From contig WWDN01000042.1 in the NCBI GenBank assembly GCA_035615875.1, positions 221-64,220 of the forward strand: a DNA stretch of 64,000 nucleotides, written 5' to 3'. This stretch comes from Thermodiscus sp. Lineage in GTDB: Archaea > Thermoproteota > Thermoprotei_A > Sulfolobales > Acidilobaceae. The position numbers and the translations under genes are program-made. Below are positions 16,093 through 26,415 of this stretch, in pieces (position 1 is the first letter of the stretch; each line of letters begins with the position of its first letter). The notes beneath the pieces are model-generated. The model had not been told where the DNA came from. It did not search any database and saw only the letters and a list, made by a program, of their open reading frames with translations.

Positions 16093-16843
16093 GCCAATCG
16101 AGTAGAGTAGACTTCTTTCTAATGAATATGGGGACTACCCGACGGTTAACGGGTAACGCCACATTGTACACTCTAATCCCTTTTAGCAAGGCGAAAGGCC
16201 TACCCCTGTGTGCATGCCCATGTATCGCTATATCTGGCCGCGTCTCGATCAACACTTGCTCCATTTTCGGCGAGTATATTTCGGGCCAGATCGTTTTTGG
16301 CTCGCCGATTATCGTCGCTTTCGTCAATGCATAATGAGAGACTAGGACTACATAGTCCGCTTCACTCTTGGCTCTTACAATTAATTCCTTTATGACTCTA
16401 GGCCTTTCTTCATAAACCCGCTTTAGCCATGGCATGTGTCTCCTTTGCCACCTGGTCGGTCTTTCGAGGGCGCCTCTCGTCCCGATGAAGGCGATCCGCT
16501 TGTCGCCGCATTCGAAGACTTTGTAATCGTCGTCTAGCCATGTTACATGGGGGTATTTCTTTTTGAAGTCGGAGGTCCTATCATGATACTCCTCGTTACC
16601 GAAAACAGATATAATATTTATATTATTAAATTTATTTTTAATTAAATCGAAAACGGCGCCAGCCGCATCAACATCACCCTTATCAACGATATCACCGGCC
16701 AACACGAAGAACGACGCTCCATAACCATACTCTGAGAGGACCTTTCTAAACAAACCCAGGAGGCGTGGGCTGTGGATGTCGCTTGACGCTGCTATGGGGG
16801 CCTCAGTGCTACAATGGTTCTCCACTACAGTCAGCCTGCCCAT
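16079..16843 (-). CDS. calcineurin-like metallophosphoesterase
   Basis: Motifs LAGDIVDKGD, GNEEYHD, VLVSHY and HGHAHRG. Confidence 0.75.
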   Translation of the reverse strand: MGRLTVVENHCSTEAPIAASSDIHSPRLLGLFRKVLSEYGYGASFFVLAGDIVDKGDVDAAGAVFDLIKNKFNNINIISVFGNEEYHDRTSDFKKKYPHVTWLDDDYKVFECGDKRIAFIGTRGALERPTRWQRRHMPWLKRVYEERPRVIKELIVRAKSEADYVVLVSHYALTKATIIGEPKTIWPEIYSPKMEQVLIETRPDIAIHGHAHRGRPFALLKGIRVYNVALPVNRRVVPIFIRKKSTLLDWLEPG

Positions 16844-16923
16844 CGGTCCTCACTGGCCCAATGGTAAATGCAGGGCCAGCGAGAGTATAATGGCTTAACC
16901 AGCCACGGGGGGGGATCTACGCC

Positions 16924-17418
16924 TTACTCTACCGTTTTGACCAGAGCCTTATTGAGTGCGCCAGTAAGAGACATCATGATAGCGCTAGCCAGGTGCAAGG
17001 GCGTTGCGGTGTCGAGTCTATACTCCCACCCCATACAGTCGGCAAATACTTGTAGAAGACTCGGATCGATCTCTTTTTCCTCCCCGCCTAGAAGCGAGCT
17101 AATGGCGTAGACCAACAAACTATAAACTGCATCCGGCCCCAGGCACTCTGTCAATTCGAGTATATCAACTAGGGGGTGTGAGACTATACTGCTAGCATCG
17201 CCTATGATGCCCTCCTTAGCTTCAAAGAGTAGCAGATCGTAAATGTCGGCCGCTTTGAACAAGGGGTCCCTCGGATCCCCGGCCACAACGGCTATCGAGA
17301 CGAGTGAAACGAAGAGATCAGACAACTTCTCATACCATTCACCAGAATAGCCCTCCCCCACGCCTGGCGCCGCAACCGTTGTTCCTATACTCTCGTTAAG
17401 CTTGTCTTCGACCGACAA
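16924..17418 (-). CDS. hypothetical acidic protein
   Basis: 164-aa ORF with plausible composition. No motif recognised. Confidence 0.4.
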   Translation of the reverse strand: MSVEDKLNESIGTTVAAPGVGEGYSGEWYEKLSDLFVSLVSIAVVAGDPRDPLFKAADIYDLLLFEAKEGIIGDASSIVSHPLVDILELTECLGPDAVYSLLVYAISSLLGGEEKEIDPSLLQVFADCMGWEYRLDTATPLHLASAIMMSLTGALNKALVKTVE

Positions 17419-17566
17419 TTAATCCACCCACCAGGAAATGCTAGCCCCGGCCCCTCAAGGAAGTATAAGCATGGTAATACCGGGGTGGTCTGCTGGACTA
17501 GGAATCTTCATCGGAGACCCTCTGTGAAGTCCGGGTTCTTATCTTCATCCCGGTAGACGGTATTTG

Positions 17567-18508
17567 CTACCGTGGTTTCGTGCAGGGCCAAACCTCCCGG
17601 TACCGCTTCACGACGTCAATAAACTTCTTGGCCCTGTCCACGCTCACCACGTTCTCAGTCCTGCCCCCTAGCTTAACCGATGTCCCCACGATGAAGCCGT
17701 CTGACAGCCTCCAATATTCCCCGAGGTTTTCCGTGGTAATACCGCTTCCAACGAGGAGCAAGACATCTCTACCCTTAAGCGCCTTCTTGATCCGAGACAC
17801 ATAGTCCTTAGAGGGTACACTGCCTGTCCGTGCACCAGTTACAATCACACCCTTTACCGCGAATCCGGCTCTCGACAAGCACTCCACGACTAGGTCTTCT
17901 GGGCCCGCTTTCTCTAGGAGGGGCCAGCTGTGTTTCACGTTTATGTCGGCCAATATATTCAGCGCCCCCGACTCTATTGCATCGTAGGCGTTCAGCTCCG
18001 AAAGAGCCTTGGCGAGAGCAGGAAGATTTGGCGATAGCATGCCTTCAACCGCGATTCTATACTCGCAAAGACTATTCACTCGGACAAACCCTGCCCCGGC
18101 GATGTATGCAGCGTAGACGGCCTCGTACCCGCTGTTACGGAGTATGTTTAAACCCACCGGTATGTCGACTTTCCTAGCTACTTCTCGCGCAATCGACGCC
18201 ATAGAGGCGACTTCGCCTACACTCGCCTGCATAGAGTACGGCATGTCGCCGTAGTTCTCTATTATAACGGCGTCGAATCCGGCATCTCGGTACTTCCTAG
18301 CTTCCTCCACGGCATACTCATAGATCTCATCGATACTCCATTTGCGGCCAATCCGCCCGGGATAAAGCCTCCTCTTGTAGGCCGGCGACCCCGGTAGTGG
18401 AGGTAGGTGAACGACTCCTATGATAGGCTTGCAGGCATCGAAGACCAAGACGGTTTCACACCCCACAAACTCTTCCAACCACGTTTTACAGTAATCTCTA
18501 CAAGTCAA
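17567..18508 (-). CDS. BtpA/SgcQ-family TIM-barrel protein
   Basis: IIGVVHLPPLPGSPAY, VIIENYGDMPY and VRVNSL are typical of the BtpA family. Confidence 0.65.
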   Translation of the reverse strand: MTCRDYCKTWLEEFVGCETVLVFDACKPIIGVVHLPPLPGSPAYKRRLYPGRIGRKWSIDEIYEYAVEEARKYRDAGFDAVIIENYGDMPYSMQASVGEVASMASIAREVARKVDIPVGLNILRNSGYEAVYAAYIAGAGFVRVNSLCEYRIAVEGMLSPNLPALAKALSELNAYDAIESGALNILADINVKHSWPLLEKAGPEDLVVECLSRAGFAVKGVIVTGARTGSVPSKDYVSRIKKALKGRDVLLLVGSGITTENLGEYWRLSDGFIVGTSVKLGGRTENVVSVDRAKKFIDVVKRYREVWPCTKPR

Positions 18509-18538
18509 TAAAGATATGTTGAAGACTCGATTACTGTG

Positions 18539-20038
18539 TTACTGCTCCTCCTTCTTCAGGTTCCTTAACACCTCTAGGACTAGGCGGACTCCATAGCCCG
18601 GAGCGTGCCGTCCGGGCCAGTAATCTGGCGCGATGGACGCGGCCTCGCCGCCACCTATTCCGGGGCCGGCTATATCTAGGTGCGCGAATCTCTTCCCATG
18701 GCTGAATCTTTCTAGGAACAGGGCTCCGTATATGGCGCCGCCCCACCTGCCGCCAACGTTGCTTATATCGCCCAGTCTAGCGTTCTTGGTCAGTAGCGGC
18801 TTGTAGACGTCAGCCATCGGCAGGGGCCATAGTAATTCCCCAGTTTTCTCTGAGGCTTCTTTAAATGCTTCTTCGAGTTCCTTGTCCTTGGTGAATAGGG
18901 CTGCCATTAACGGTCCTAGCGCCACTACTGCGGCTCCAGTGAGTGTGGCCAAGTCGATGATTATATCTGCGTTCAATTCTTTCGCCGCGTAGGATATTGC
19001 GTCGGCTATCACAAGCCTGCCCTCAGCGTCGGTATGCCCTACATCCACCCGGGTGCCGTCCCACATCTTGATCACGTAGCTCGGCAGATATGCCTCTCCG
19101 TCTAGGGTGTTGATAGCCGCGGCTAGTAGACCATATAGCTCTATGTTGAGTCCGAGCTTTGAGGCCGCCCATATGATTCCTAGGACTGCCGCGCCACCAG
19201 CTTTATCAGCGTACATGTCGGTCATTGCGTGTCCCGGTTTAACTTGGATTCCGCCTGCATCGAAGACTAGGGTTTTCCCTACGAGCGCTATCTTGCCGGA
19301 GCCCTCTTTTCCTTCGCTTCCCTTGTAGTGTAGTATTATTAATCTGGGTTTGAAGCTGCTTCCACGCCCTACGTTTACTATGCCCCCGAAGCCCTCCTTG
19401 ACTAGTTTCTCGTAATCAAATACTTCTACCTCGACGTTAGAGGTTTTCGAGAAGAGTTCCTTTACCTTCTCAGCTAATCTCTCGGGGTATAGATCGTTTG
19501 GGGGAGCGTTTGCCACATCTCTAGCTAGGAAGACGGCTTCGGCCAGCGCCTTTACATAAGTCTCGTCCACGTCTCCCGTATAATGGACTACTTTCAGCTT
19601 ACTCTTCTTCTCATTCTTGAAGTATTCCAGGGTATATGAGCCTAGGAGGAAGCCGAGCAAGGCCTCGTTCGCCATGTCTTTATCAGCTATGTCATCTAGA
19701 ACAACGACAACCTCCTCGTACTTGTCCAGGACCTGCTTTGCGGATTTTGCCATGGCACGTCGATATGATTCGTGGTCAGCCTTGTCTCCAACACCAACCA
19801 AGTATACTACCCTGCCATCGACGAGTAGAGTATATATCTCGCCTCTACCGGCTTTGAAAATCGACTCACCCGCTTTAGAGACGAGACCACCCGTCATATC
19901 GTCGAGCTTCTTCACGTACCCCTCGATAACTGGTTTCTTGTCCTCCTGGAGTACTGGTACTATAACTGGCTTCGCGTCATCAGTCCTAAACGGGTCGTCT
20001 AAAATCTTCCTTATATCGGGTGGGGACGTGTATATCAT
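18539..20038 (-). CDS. pepA: leucyl aminopeptidase (M17)
   Basis: VGKTLVFDAGG, MYADKAGGAAV and HTDAEGRLVIADAISYA (NTDAEGRL signature). Confidence 0.9.
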   Translation of the reverse strand: MIYTSPPDIRKILDDPFRTDDAKPVIVPVLQEDKKPVIEGYVKKLDDMTGGLVSKAGESIFKAGRGEIYTLLVDGRVVYLVGVGDKADHESYRRAMAKSAKQVLDKYEEVVVVLDDIADKDMANEALLGFLLGSYTLEYFKNEKKSKLKVVHYTGDVDETYVKALAEAVFLARDVANAPPNDLYPERLAEKVKELFSKTSNVEVEVFDYEKLVKEGFGGIVNVGRGSSFKPRLIILHYKGSEGKEGSGKIALVGKTLVFDAGGIQVKPGHAMTDMYADKAGGAAVLGIIWAASKLGLNIELYGLLAAAINTLDGEAYLPSYVIKMWDGTRVDVGHTDAEGRLVIADAISYAAKELNADIIIDLATLTGAAVVALGPLMAALFTKDKELEEAFKEASEKTGELLWPLPMADVYKPLLTKNARLGDISNVGGRWGGAIYGALFLERFSHGKRFAHLDIAGPGIGGGEAASIAPDYWPGRHAPGYGVRLVLEVLRNLKKEEQ

Positions 20039-20276
20039 AGCCGGTCGCCACTGGAAAAACGTACATGTGCCTGGTTAAAGAGGTATGTAATTACATAAAT
20101 AGGCGCTCTGTACCCGCATCTGAACTCATGGACCCGTGCCCGCCCGAGGCCGCGGCAACCCGCGGGGATATACCCTGTCGGTGAAGGCGGGTTTGCGCGT
20201 CGCCGTCTCCTACGAATACATGGTTAAAATTAACCCCTAGACTAGTACCCCAGATCTAACTGGTGCACTAGCTAGT

Positions 20277-21785
20277 ATGGATCGAGTCGCTGTCATAGAC
20301 TTCGGCGGCCAATACGCTCACCTAATCTCTAGAAGGCTACGAGAGCTTAACGTTTACACTGAGCTGATATACCCTGAGGATGTATCTGGGGTACTCGACG
20401 ACTATTCAGGGTTCATCCTAAGCGGCGGCCCTTCAAGTGTATGGCAAGCAAGACACGACAGGATAGCCAGGGATGTAGTGGACTCGGGCAAACTCGTCCT
20501 AGGGATCTGCTATGGACACCAATTGCTCGCCAAGGTATTAGGTGGAGCCGTGGGACCCTCCCCTAAGCCAGAGTTCGGCCCTACACTAGTCAGAATACTC
20601 GACAGTAGGGAGATACTAGACGGGTTCCCGCCCAGGGTTAGGGTTTGGATGAGTCATAACGATGCCGTCTTAGACGCGCCCTCCGAGGCGAGGGTAGCCG
20701 CCACAAGTGAGGGAAGCCCTGTCGCAGCTATGTGGGTTGGCCACGTCTATAGCGTCCAGTGGCACCCCGAGGTTAAGCATAGCGAGCTAGGCAAAGAATT
20801 GCTGTCTAACTGGATTAGGATAGCCGGGATCAAGCGGGAATGGCGCCCAGGCGATATGATAGAAGCGTTAGTCAGAGAGGTTAAGGAGATTGTCGGCGAC
20901 GAGAGGGCTATAGCCGCGGTGAGTGGCGGAGTGGATTCTACAGTAGCGACGGTTATAGCGCATAGAGCCCTAGGCGATAACTTGATCCCGGTCCTCATCG
21001 ATCACGGGTTCCATCCTGAAGGAGAGGTCCAAAGGGTTACACGGTTCCTAAGGAGTATAGGGGTTGGCGTCCAGGTAGTAGACGCCTCGGAGGACTTCCT
21101 TGACGGTCTAGATGGCGTCGAGGACCCCGAGGAGAAGCGAAAGATCTTCGGCAGCATATATGCGAGAGTGTTTGAAGACCTAGCGGGAGAGTCGGGGGCC
21201 AAATACTTAGTCCAAGGCACTATCTACCCCGACATAATAGAGTCGGGGGCGCGGAAAGGAGCGGACGTCATAAAGAGCCATCATAACGTAGCTGGTTTAC
21301 CCGAGAGGTTCGGCTTGAAGCTGGTCGAACCCCTTAGATTCTTTTACAAGGATGAGGTCCGGCTTATCGCCAAGAGACTTGGACTGCCGGACGAGTTAGT
21401 CTATAAGCAGCCTATACCGGGTCCCGGCCTGGCGGTCCGTGTGGAAGGCGCCATAAACAGGAGGCTTGTAGAGATCGCTAGGAGGGCTAACTCTATAGTG
21501 GCCGATGAAGTCGAGAAAGCCGGGATCGCGTCTAGACTCTGGCAGTACTTCGCTGTAGTAACTAGATCTAGGGCGACTGGGGTTAAGGGGGATCGCAGAG
21601 CGTACGGCCTCGTCGTGGCTATACGTATGGTTACTAGCGATGACGCAATGACTGCTGAAGTCTACCGGGCCGATTGGGATATGCTTGAGAGGATCATGAA
21701 TAGGATAACCTCTGAGATACCGGAGGTTGTACGGGTTGTTTACGACGTCACTAGTAAGCCCCCTGCTACTATAGAATGGGAGTAG
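20277..21785 (+). CDS. guaA: GMP synthase, glutamine-hydrolysing (fused GATase + ATP-pyrophosphatase)
   Basis: GATase GICYGHQLL and WHPE, PP-loop AVSGGVDSTV, C-terminal dimerisation domain ending PPATIEWE. Confidence 0.9.
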   Translation: MDRVAVIDFGGQYAHLISRRLRELNVYTELIYPEDVSGVLDDYSGFILSGGPSSVWQARHDRIARDVVDSGKLVLGICYGHQLLAKVLGGAVGPSPKPEFGPTLVRILDSREILDGFPPRVRVWMSHNDAVLDAPSEARVAATSEGSPVAAMWVGHVYSVQWHPEVKHSELGKELLSNWIRIAGIKREWRPGDMIEALVREVKEIVGDERAIAAVSGGVDSTVATVIAHRALGDNLIPVLIDHGFHPEGEVQRVTRFLRSIGVGVQVVDASEDFLDGLDGVEDPEEKRKIFGSIYARVFEDLAGESGAKYLVQGTIYPDIIESGARKGADVIKSHHNVAGLPERFGLKLVEPLRFFYKDEVRLIAKRLGLPDELVYKQPIPGPGLAVRVEGAINRRLVEIARRANSIVADEVEKAGIASRLWQYFAVVTRSRATGVKGDRRAYGLVVAIRMVTSDDAMTAEVYRADWDMLERIMNRITSEIPEVVRVVYDVTSKPPATIEWE

Positions 21786-21801
21786 ATGATGTGGCATTGT
21801 C

Positions 21802-22089
21802 TTATTCTATTTCGTCTAGGTCGGATAGGTCGATCTCGATGATAGTGCCTTCCTCCCGCTTCTCCTCATCTCTTTCCAGGGATTCATCGCCTCCCGTTTT
21901 TATCTTCTTGATAGCGTCCCTCCACTTGTAACCGCAGTTGGGGCAGACGAAGCTTGCCATGATGGTCACTGTTATTCGACCATACTTATCCGGTATGGGG
22001 GATACTATCGTCCATGTTTTCACGGGCTCGTTTACTCTGGTCCCACATTTGGGGCAAACGAATGGATCCTTCTTCTTTTTTCTAGGCAA
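21802..22089 (-). CDS. zinc-ribbon protein, function unknown
   Basis: 95 aa. Two CxxC pairs (CPKCG...CPNCG), basic N-terminus and acidic C-terminus. Confidence 0.5.
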   Translation of the reverse strand: MPRKKKKDPFVCPKCGTRVNEPVKTWTIVSPIPDKYGRITVTIMASFVCPNCGYKWRDAIKKIKTGGDESLERDEEKREEGTIIEIDLSDLDEIE

Positions 22090-22915
22090 TTTCTCTCCAC
22101 CTCCCGCCGTTGCTTCGGTCTAGGCTTATATTAAAGGGGTAGCCGTATTCTTTAAGGATTGATGCCAGTTCTCTGATTACAAGGTCTATCTTTTCGGACT
22201 GTACGCGGTAGCCTGGATGCGGTACTAGGAGTGATGCTGTGAGGGCATCGGGGCTTATCTCTTCCACGTATACTCTAGCCTCTCCCGGGACCGCGGTTAT
22301 GCTCCCTACCACGTCTTGAAGGCGCTCTCTGAGTTTCGCCATGATTTCTTCGGCTACCTCGACATCTTCGAACCCCCATATACGGATCCTGAACTTGATG
22401 TGTACCGGTTCCCTGATGGCGGATTTGATCTTAGAGAGTAGTACTCTATTGGGTATACTGCATACCTTATAGCCTCCGTCGATGATCGTGTAGATGACTG
22501 TGATTTTCCTGATCTTGCCCTCGCACCCATCGACCACGACGTATTCTCCGATAGTTGCCAGTTGTGAGAGTAGGATAGCGTAGTAGCTTGCTATATTGGC
22601 TATGGTTTCCCATGAAGAGGCCAGGATTACCAGGACAATTCCGAGTATGAATAGTGCTATTAGTGTTTGCTGTGTTAGGAGATACAATGCGAGGAATAAT
22701 GTGATTATCAGCGTACTTAATTCTATAATTTTGTATGTATTTTCAAGGGACCTCTGATCCGCTCCACTCAACCGGCCGAGCCTAGATAGCAGCCTCTTAA
22801 CAACACCCAAAAACAATAGTATTATGACGATCAGTACGATAGCTTCCAGGGTCCGCGCTAATAACACGTTACCCCTAACCAGATCCCAGAGGCTTACCAG
22901 TTCATTTACATCCAT
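22082..22915 (-). CDS. small-conductance mechanosensitive channel (MscS family)
   Basis: Three N-terminal TM helices, then GEYVVVDGCEGKIRKITVIYTIIDGGYKVCSIPNRVLL (MscS beta domain). Confidence 0.7.
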   Translation of the reverse strand: MDVNELVSLWDLVRGNVLLARTLEAIVLIVIILLFLGVVKRLLSRLGRLSGADQRSLENTYKIIELSTLIITLFLALYLLTQQTLIALFILGIVLVILASSWETIANIASYYAILLSQLATIGEYVVVDGCEGKIRKITVIYTIIDGGYKVCSIPNRVLLSKIKSAIREPVHIKFRIRIWGFEDVEVAEEIMAKLRERLQDVVGSITAVPGEARVYVEEISPDALTASLLVPHPGYRVQSEKIDLVIRELASILKEYGYPFNISLDRSNGGRWREIA

Positions 22916-22925
22916 AATCCAACAC

Positions 22926-23582
22926 CTAGAATAACTCGCTTAACTCCTTAATGGACTCCTCGTGCGCTAGAGCCACCACGATCTGGCCAGGCTCTAACGG
23001 AGGAGCCTCACTCGGGTCATAGAACCTGTCCTCCCAGTAGATAGCCAGAATCTTTACCCCCTTCGGTAGCAAGCCCCTCTTCTCAAGCTCCAAAGGCGTA
23101 ATACCCCTCACGCTACTCGTCTCCCTCACCGTTAGAGAGACTAGTTTGAACTCGCCTATTAGCGTATTCACTAGGTTAACCACCTTGTATCTACCCTCAA
23201 TCATCGTATAGAGTATGTTAGCTGCAATCTGGGGAACGACTATGATGCCCTCGACCCCGAGAATCCGGAGGAGCCTGCTGGTCTTGGGGTTTTTAACGCG
23301 TACATAAACCTTCTCGATGTTATTAAGCTTCGCTATAGCGGCCACGAATAGATTAACCTCGTCTCTGTCAGTCGCGGCTACAACCACATCATAGATCCTT
23401 ATATCTAACTCCTCATAGACGCTGGGATCCGTGGCATCCCGGATGTAACTCTCTACATCAGCTTGTATGTTGAGCACCTTTTCTTCACTCTTATCTATAA
23501 CCGTGACCGAGTGGCCAGCCGAGCTCAGCAGTTCTGCTAGTGTGCTGCCAACTCTGCCAGCTCCTATTATCAATACCCTCAA
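22926..23582 (-). CDS. trkA: TrkA-type K+ transport NAD-binding protein (TrkA-N + TrkA-C)
   Basis: MRVLIIGAGRVGSTLAELL Rossmann motif and a C-terminal TrkA-C-like domain. Confidence 0.8.
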   Translation of the reverse strand: MRVLIIGAGRVGSTLAELLSSAGHSVTVIDKSEEKVLNIQADVESYIRDATDPSVYEELDIRIYDVVVAATDRDEVNLFVAAIAKLNNIEKVYVRVKNPKTSRLLRILGVEGIIVVPQIAANILYTMIEGRYKVVNLVNTLIGEFKLVSLTVRETSSVRGITPLELEKRGLLPKGVKILAIYWEDRFYDPSEAPPLEPGQIVVALAHEESIKELSELF

Positions 23583-23674
23583 AGCCGTAGCCCCCGAACC
23601 CGAAACAATATCTCTCTAGGCATTAATTATATCTTGGCGGCTGGGCTACGCTCTCTAGAGGTGGTGTCTCTCCA

Positions 23675-24958
23675 TTGGACTACACGATTAAAAGCGTCGG
23701 CGGCTTACAGGTACTCGACTCACGTGGGAGGCCAACACTCAAGGTATATGTGAGAACAGGATCGGGTAGAGGCTATGGGTATGCGCCGAGTGGGGCCAGT
23801 CGCGGCGAGAGAGAAGCTATTGAGCTCAGAGACGGCGGCAAGAGGTGGTTGGGCTACGGCGTCGGACGCGCATTGTCCATCCTGGAAACCCAGATAGCGC
23901 CACGCCTCACTGGGTTAGACTCTAGGATGCAGGCTTTCATTGACGGTATCCTTATCGCCCTTGACGGGACTCCGAACAAGTCAAGACTAGGCGGGAACAC
24001 TACAACTGCCACTAGCATTGCGGTGGCCCGTGCAGCAGCCGATACAGCACAGTTGGAGCCATTCGAATATCTAGGCGGTCCAGGCGCTAGATTGTTGCCA
24101 ACACCACTTCTCAACGTTATAAATGGCGGTGCCCATGCTGGCAATGAATTGAGTATACAGGAATTCATGATTATACCTGTGAATGCCGATACCTTTAAGG
24201 ACGCGCTCAGGATGGCTGTGGAGGTTTATGGTAACCTAAAGATAATTATAAAGGAAAAGTATGGTCCCAACTCGATCAACGTCGGCGACGAGGGAGGCTT
24301 TGCCCCTCCATTAAGGAAGACCCGTGATGCACTCGACCTCCTAGTAGAAGCGATAAAACGTGCTGGCTACGAGCCGGGAACGGACTTCTTTTTGGGGATT
24401 GATGCCGCTGCATCACAGTTTTACGATAAAGAAAAAGATATCTATAATATAGATGGGGGAGTCATGGACTGGCAGGGACTCCTAGAATTCTACTCCAGCC
24501 TAGTGGAGGAGTACCCCATAAAGTATATAGAAGATCCATTCGATGAAGACGCATTCATGCACTATGCAGAGCTAACTAGGCGTATCGGCGGTAAGACCCT
24601 CATAGTCGGCGACGACTTATACACTACAAATACACGGTACCTCAAGAAGGGGATAGAGGCTAGATCAACAAATGCAGTGCTAGTGAAGATAAACCAGGTG
24701 GGTACACTCACGGAAACCATCGACTTCGTGAGGGATGCTTCCCACTATGGACTACGTAGTATAATAAGCCATAGAAGCGGTGAGACAGAGGACCCCTTCA
24801 TAGCCGACCTAGCCGTCGCCTTGTCAACAGGATTAATAAAAACGGGTGCCCCCGCCAGGGGAGAAAGGACCGCTAAGTATAATAGGTTATTAGAGATTGA
24901 AGACATACTACAGTCTTCTGCAAGGTATGCTGGCGTCAGGCCCTTCACAGGGTGGTGA
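23675..24958 (+). CDS. eno: enolase
   Basis: LDSRGRPTLKV, INGGAHAGN, VGDDLYTTN, KINQVGTLTE and SHRSGETED. Confidence 0.9.
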   Translation: MDYTIKSVGGLQVLDSRGRPTLKVYVRTGSGRGYGYAPSGASRGEREAIELRDGGKRWLGYGVGRALSILETQIAPRLTGLDSRMQAFIDGILIALDGTPNKSRLGGNTTTATSIAVARAAADTAQLEPFEYLGGPGARLLPTPLLNVINGGAHAGNELSIQEFMIIPVNADTFKDALRMAVEVYGNLKIIIKEKYGPNSINVGDEGGFAPPLRKTRDALDLLVEAIKRAGYEPGTDFFLGIDAAASQFYDKEKDIYNIDGGVMDWQGLLEFYSSLVEEYPIKYIEDPFDEDAFMHYAELTRRIGGKTLIVGDDLYTTNTRYLKKGIEARSTNAVLVKINQVGTLTETIDFVRDASHYGLRSIISHRSGETEDPFIADLAVALSTGLIKTGAPARGERTAKYNRLLEIEDILQSSARYAGVRPFTGW

Positions 24959-24964
24959 ACGGGA

Positions 24965-25282
24965 TTGGGCTATGGCTACGCGGTTGTACTAGTTACCACG
25001 CCCGCGGGCCAAGGCGGCGAAATAGCCCGGTCTATAGTTGAGAGGAGACTGGCCGCCTGTGTCAACGTAGTATCTGGTGTGAAGAGCCTCTACCTATGGA
25101 AGGGTGCCTTGGAGAGCGACGGAGAGGACTTATTGATAATAAAAACTAGGATTGACAAGCTAGAGAAGCTCATTGACGAGGTCAAAGAGATGCACCCCTA
25201 TGAGGTCCCAGAGATAATAGCACTGCCTATTATCGCTGGAAACAATGATTACCTCAAATGGATCGACGAAGAGGTAAGGTGA
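24965..25282 (+). CDS. cutA: divalent-cation tolerance protein CutA
   Basis: 105 aa. RLAACVNVVSGVKSLYLWKG...MHPYEVPEIIALPI is the CutA1 signature. Confidence 0.85.
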   Translation: MGYGYAVVLVTTPAGQGGEIARSIVERRLAACVNVVSGVKSLYLWKGALESDGEDLLIIKTRIDKLEKLIDEVKEMHPYEVPEIIALPIIAGNNDYLKWIDEEVR

Positions 25283-25283
25283 T

Positions 25284-26078
25284 ATGGCGCATGTATCTCC
25301 ATCTCTAGTAAAGAAGTATATCGAGAAGAACTCTCTACTCAGAAAAGCCTGGGAGATACTAGTCAACGACGTCGAAATACAAGAGCTCCTCAAGATGTCC
25401 AACGTCAATGCGGTGAGCAGGCTACTATACAATGACCACGGCCCAGTCCATGCGGCCATAGTATCCGGGTCCGCGCTTGAAATCTACGAGATACTAAAGA
25501 GCGCGGGAATCAAGCCGTCTAGTCTAGAACAGAGAGTGGTTCCAAGCGAGGACTATTCGAGGCTGATAGTGCTGCTAGGCGCATACCTCCACGACATAGG
25601 CAACTCAGTACATAGAGAGAACCACGAGCTCATAGGCGCCCTATTATCAAACATCTTGCTCGACAGGATCCTACGGGAGATAGTCGATAGCAAGCAGCTG
25701 ATCTATAGGATAAAGAGCGAGGTCATGGGGGCCATTTACTCTACAGCCATGAACGTCAAGGCTCTAACGATAGAGGCATCCATAGTCAAGGTCGCCGACG
25801 CGACCGACATGGCCGAGGGGAGAGCAAGGCTCCCATACTCAAGAGGTAAAGAGGACATCCATGCGTTATCGGCTCTCAGCATAACCCGCGTCGAGTTAAA
25901 GAAGGGACGCGAAAGACCGCTCATCATAGAAGTCTACATGAAGGATCTAGCTGGGATGTTCCAGATAGAGAAGGTCCTGCTACCGAAGCTGAATTACTCC
26001 TTGATAAGAGAATATACAGAGATCAGGCCCATCCTCATGAACGGCTCCGGCCAGAGCCTAAAACCCATCAAGCCCTGA
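25284..26078 (+). CDS. HD-domain phosphohydrolase
   Basis: HAAIVSG...GAYLHDIGNSVHRENHE (H...HD motif). Confidence 0.7.
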   Translation: MAHVSPSLVKKYIEKNSLLRKAWEILVNDVEIQELLKMSNVNAVSRLLYNDHGPVHAAIVSGSALEIYEILKSAGIKPSSLEQRVVPSEDYSRLIVLLGAYLHDIGNSVHRENHELIGALLSNILLDRILREIVDSKQLIYRIKSEVMGAIYSTAMNVKALTIEASIVKVADATDMAEGRARLPYSRGKEDIHALSALSITRVELKKGRERPLIIEVYMKDLAGMFQIEKVLLPKLNYSLIREYTEIRPILMNGSGQSLKPIKP

Positions 26079-26109
26079 AACCCACGTGTATTGAGAGCTG
26101 GGGTATTAG

Positions 26110-26415
26110 ATGCCGTCTGAAGCCGTAATGTCGAAGCTAGTCGAGGGCGCCGCCAGGATAGCTAGCGGTCTCATCGACGCCAACGAGTTCGCTTACCCGC
26201 TGGCTCCTAAGATTGCAGTGATAGCAGCGCGGAACGTTGGTTTAAGACTGCGTCCAACCACCGCGATATACTATTGTATTCTGTGTAACAGGGGTCCCTT
26301 CACTAGGAAGGGCTATTACCTCCATCTAATCCGAGTTCATAGCCAGTCTATTCGGCGGATGATAGAGTATGAGATAGAGCGTCTCGGAGAATCTTCTCGC
26401 GGCCAGGTGGAATGA
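26110..26415 (+). CDS. small protein with a classical C2H2 zinc finger
   Basis: YYCILCNRGPFTRKGYYLHLIRVH fits C-x2-C-x12-H-x4-H. Confidence 0.45.
   Translation: MPSEAVMSKLVEGAARIASGLIDANEFAYPLAPKIAVIAARNVGLRLRPTTAIYYCILCNRGPFTRKGYYLHLIRVHSQSIRRMIEYEIERLGESSRGQVE

Noticed and set aside
20100-20230. H/ACA guide RNA in the pepA/guaA spacer
   Set aside because: The CCCGCC/GGCGGG stem is not followed by an ACA/ANA box at the expected distance. No k-turn or pseudouridylation pocket geometry could be drawn.
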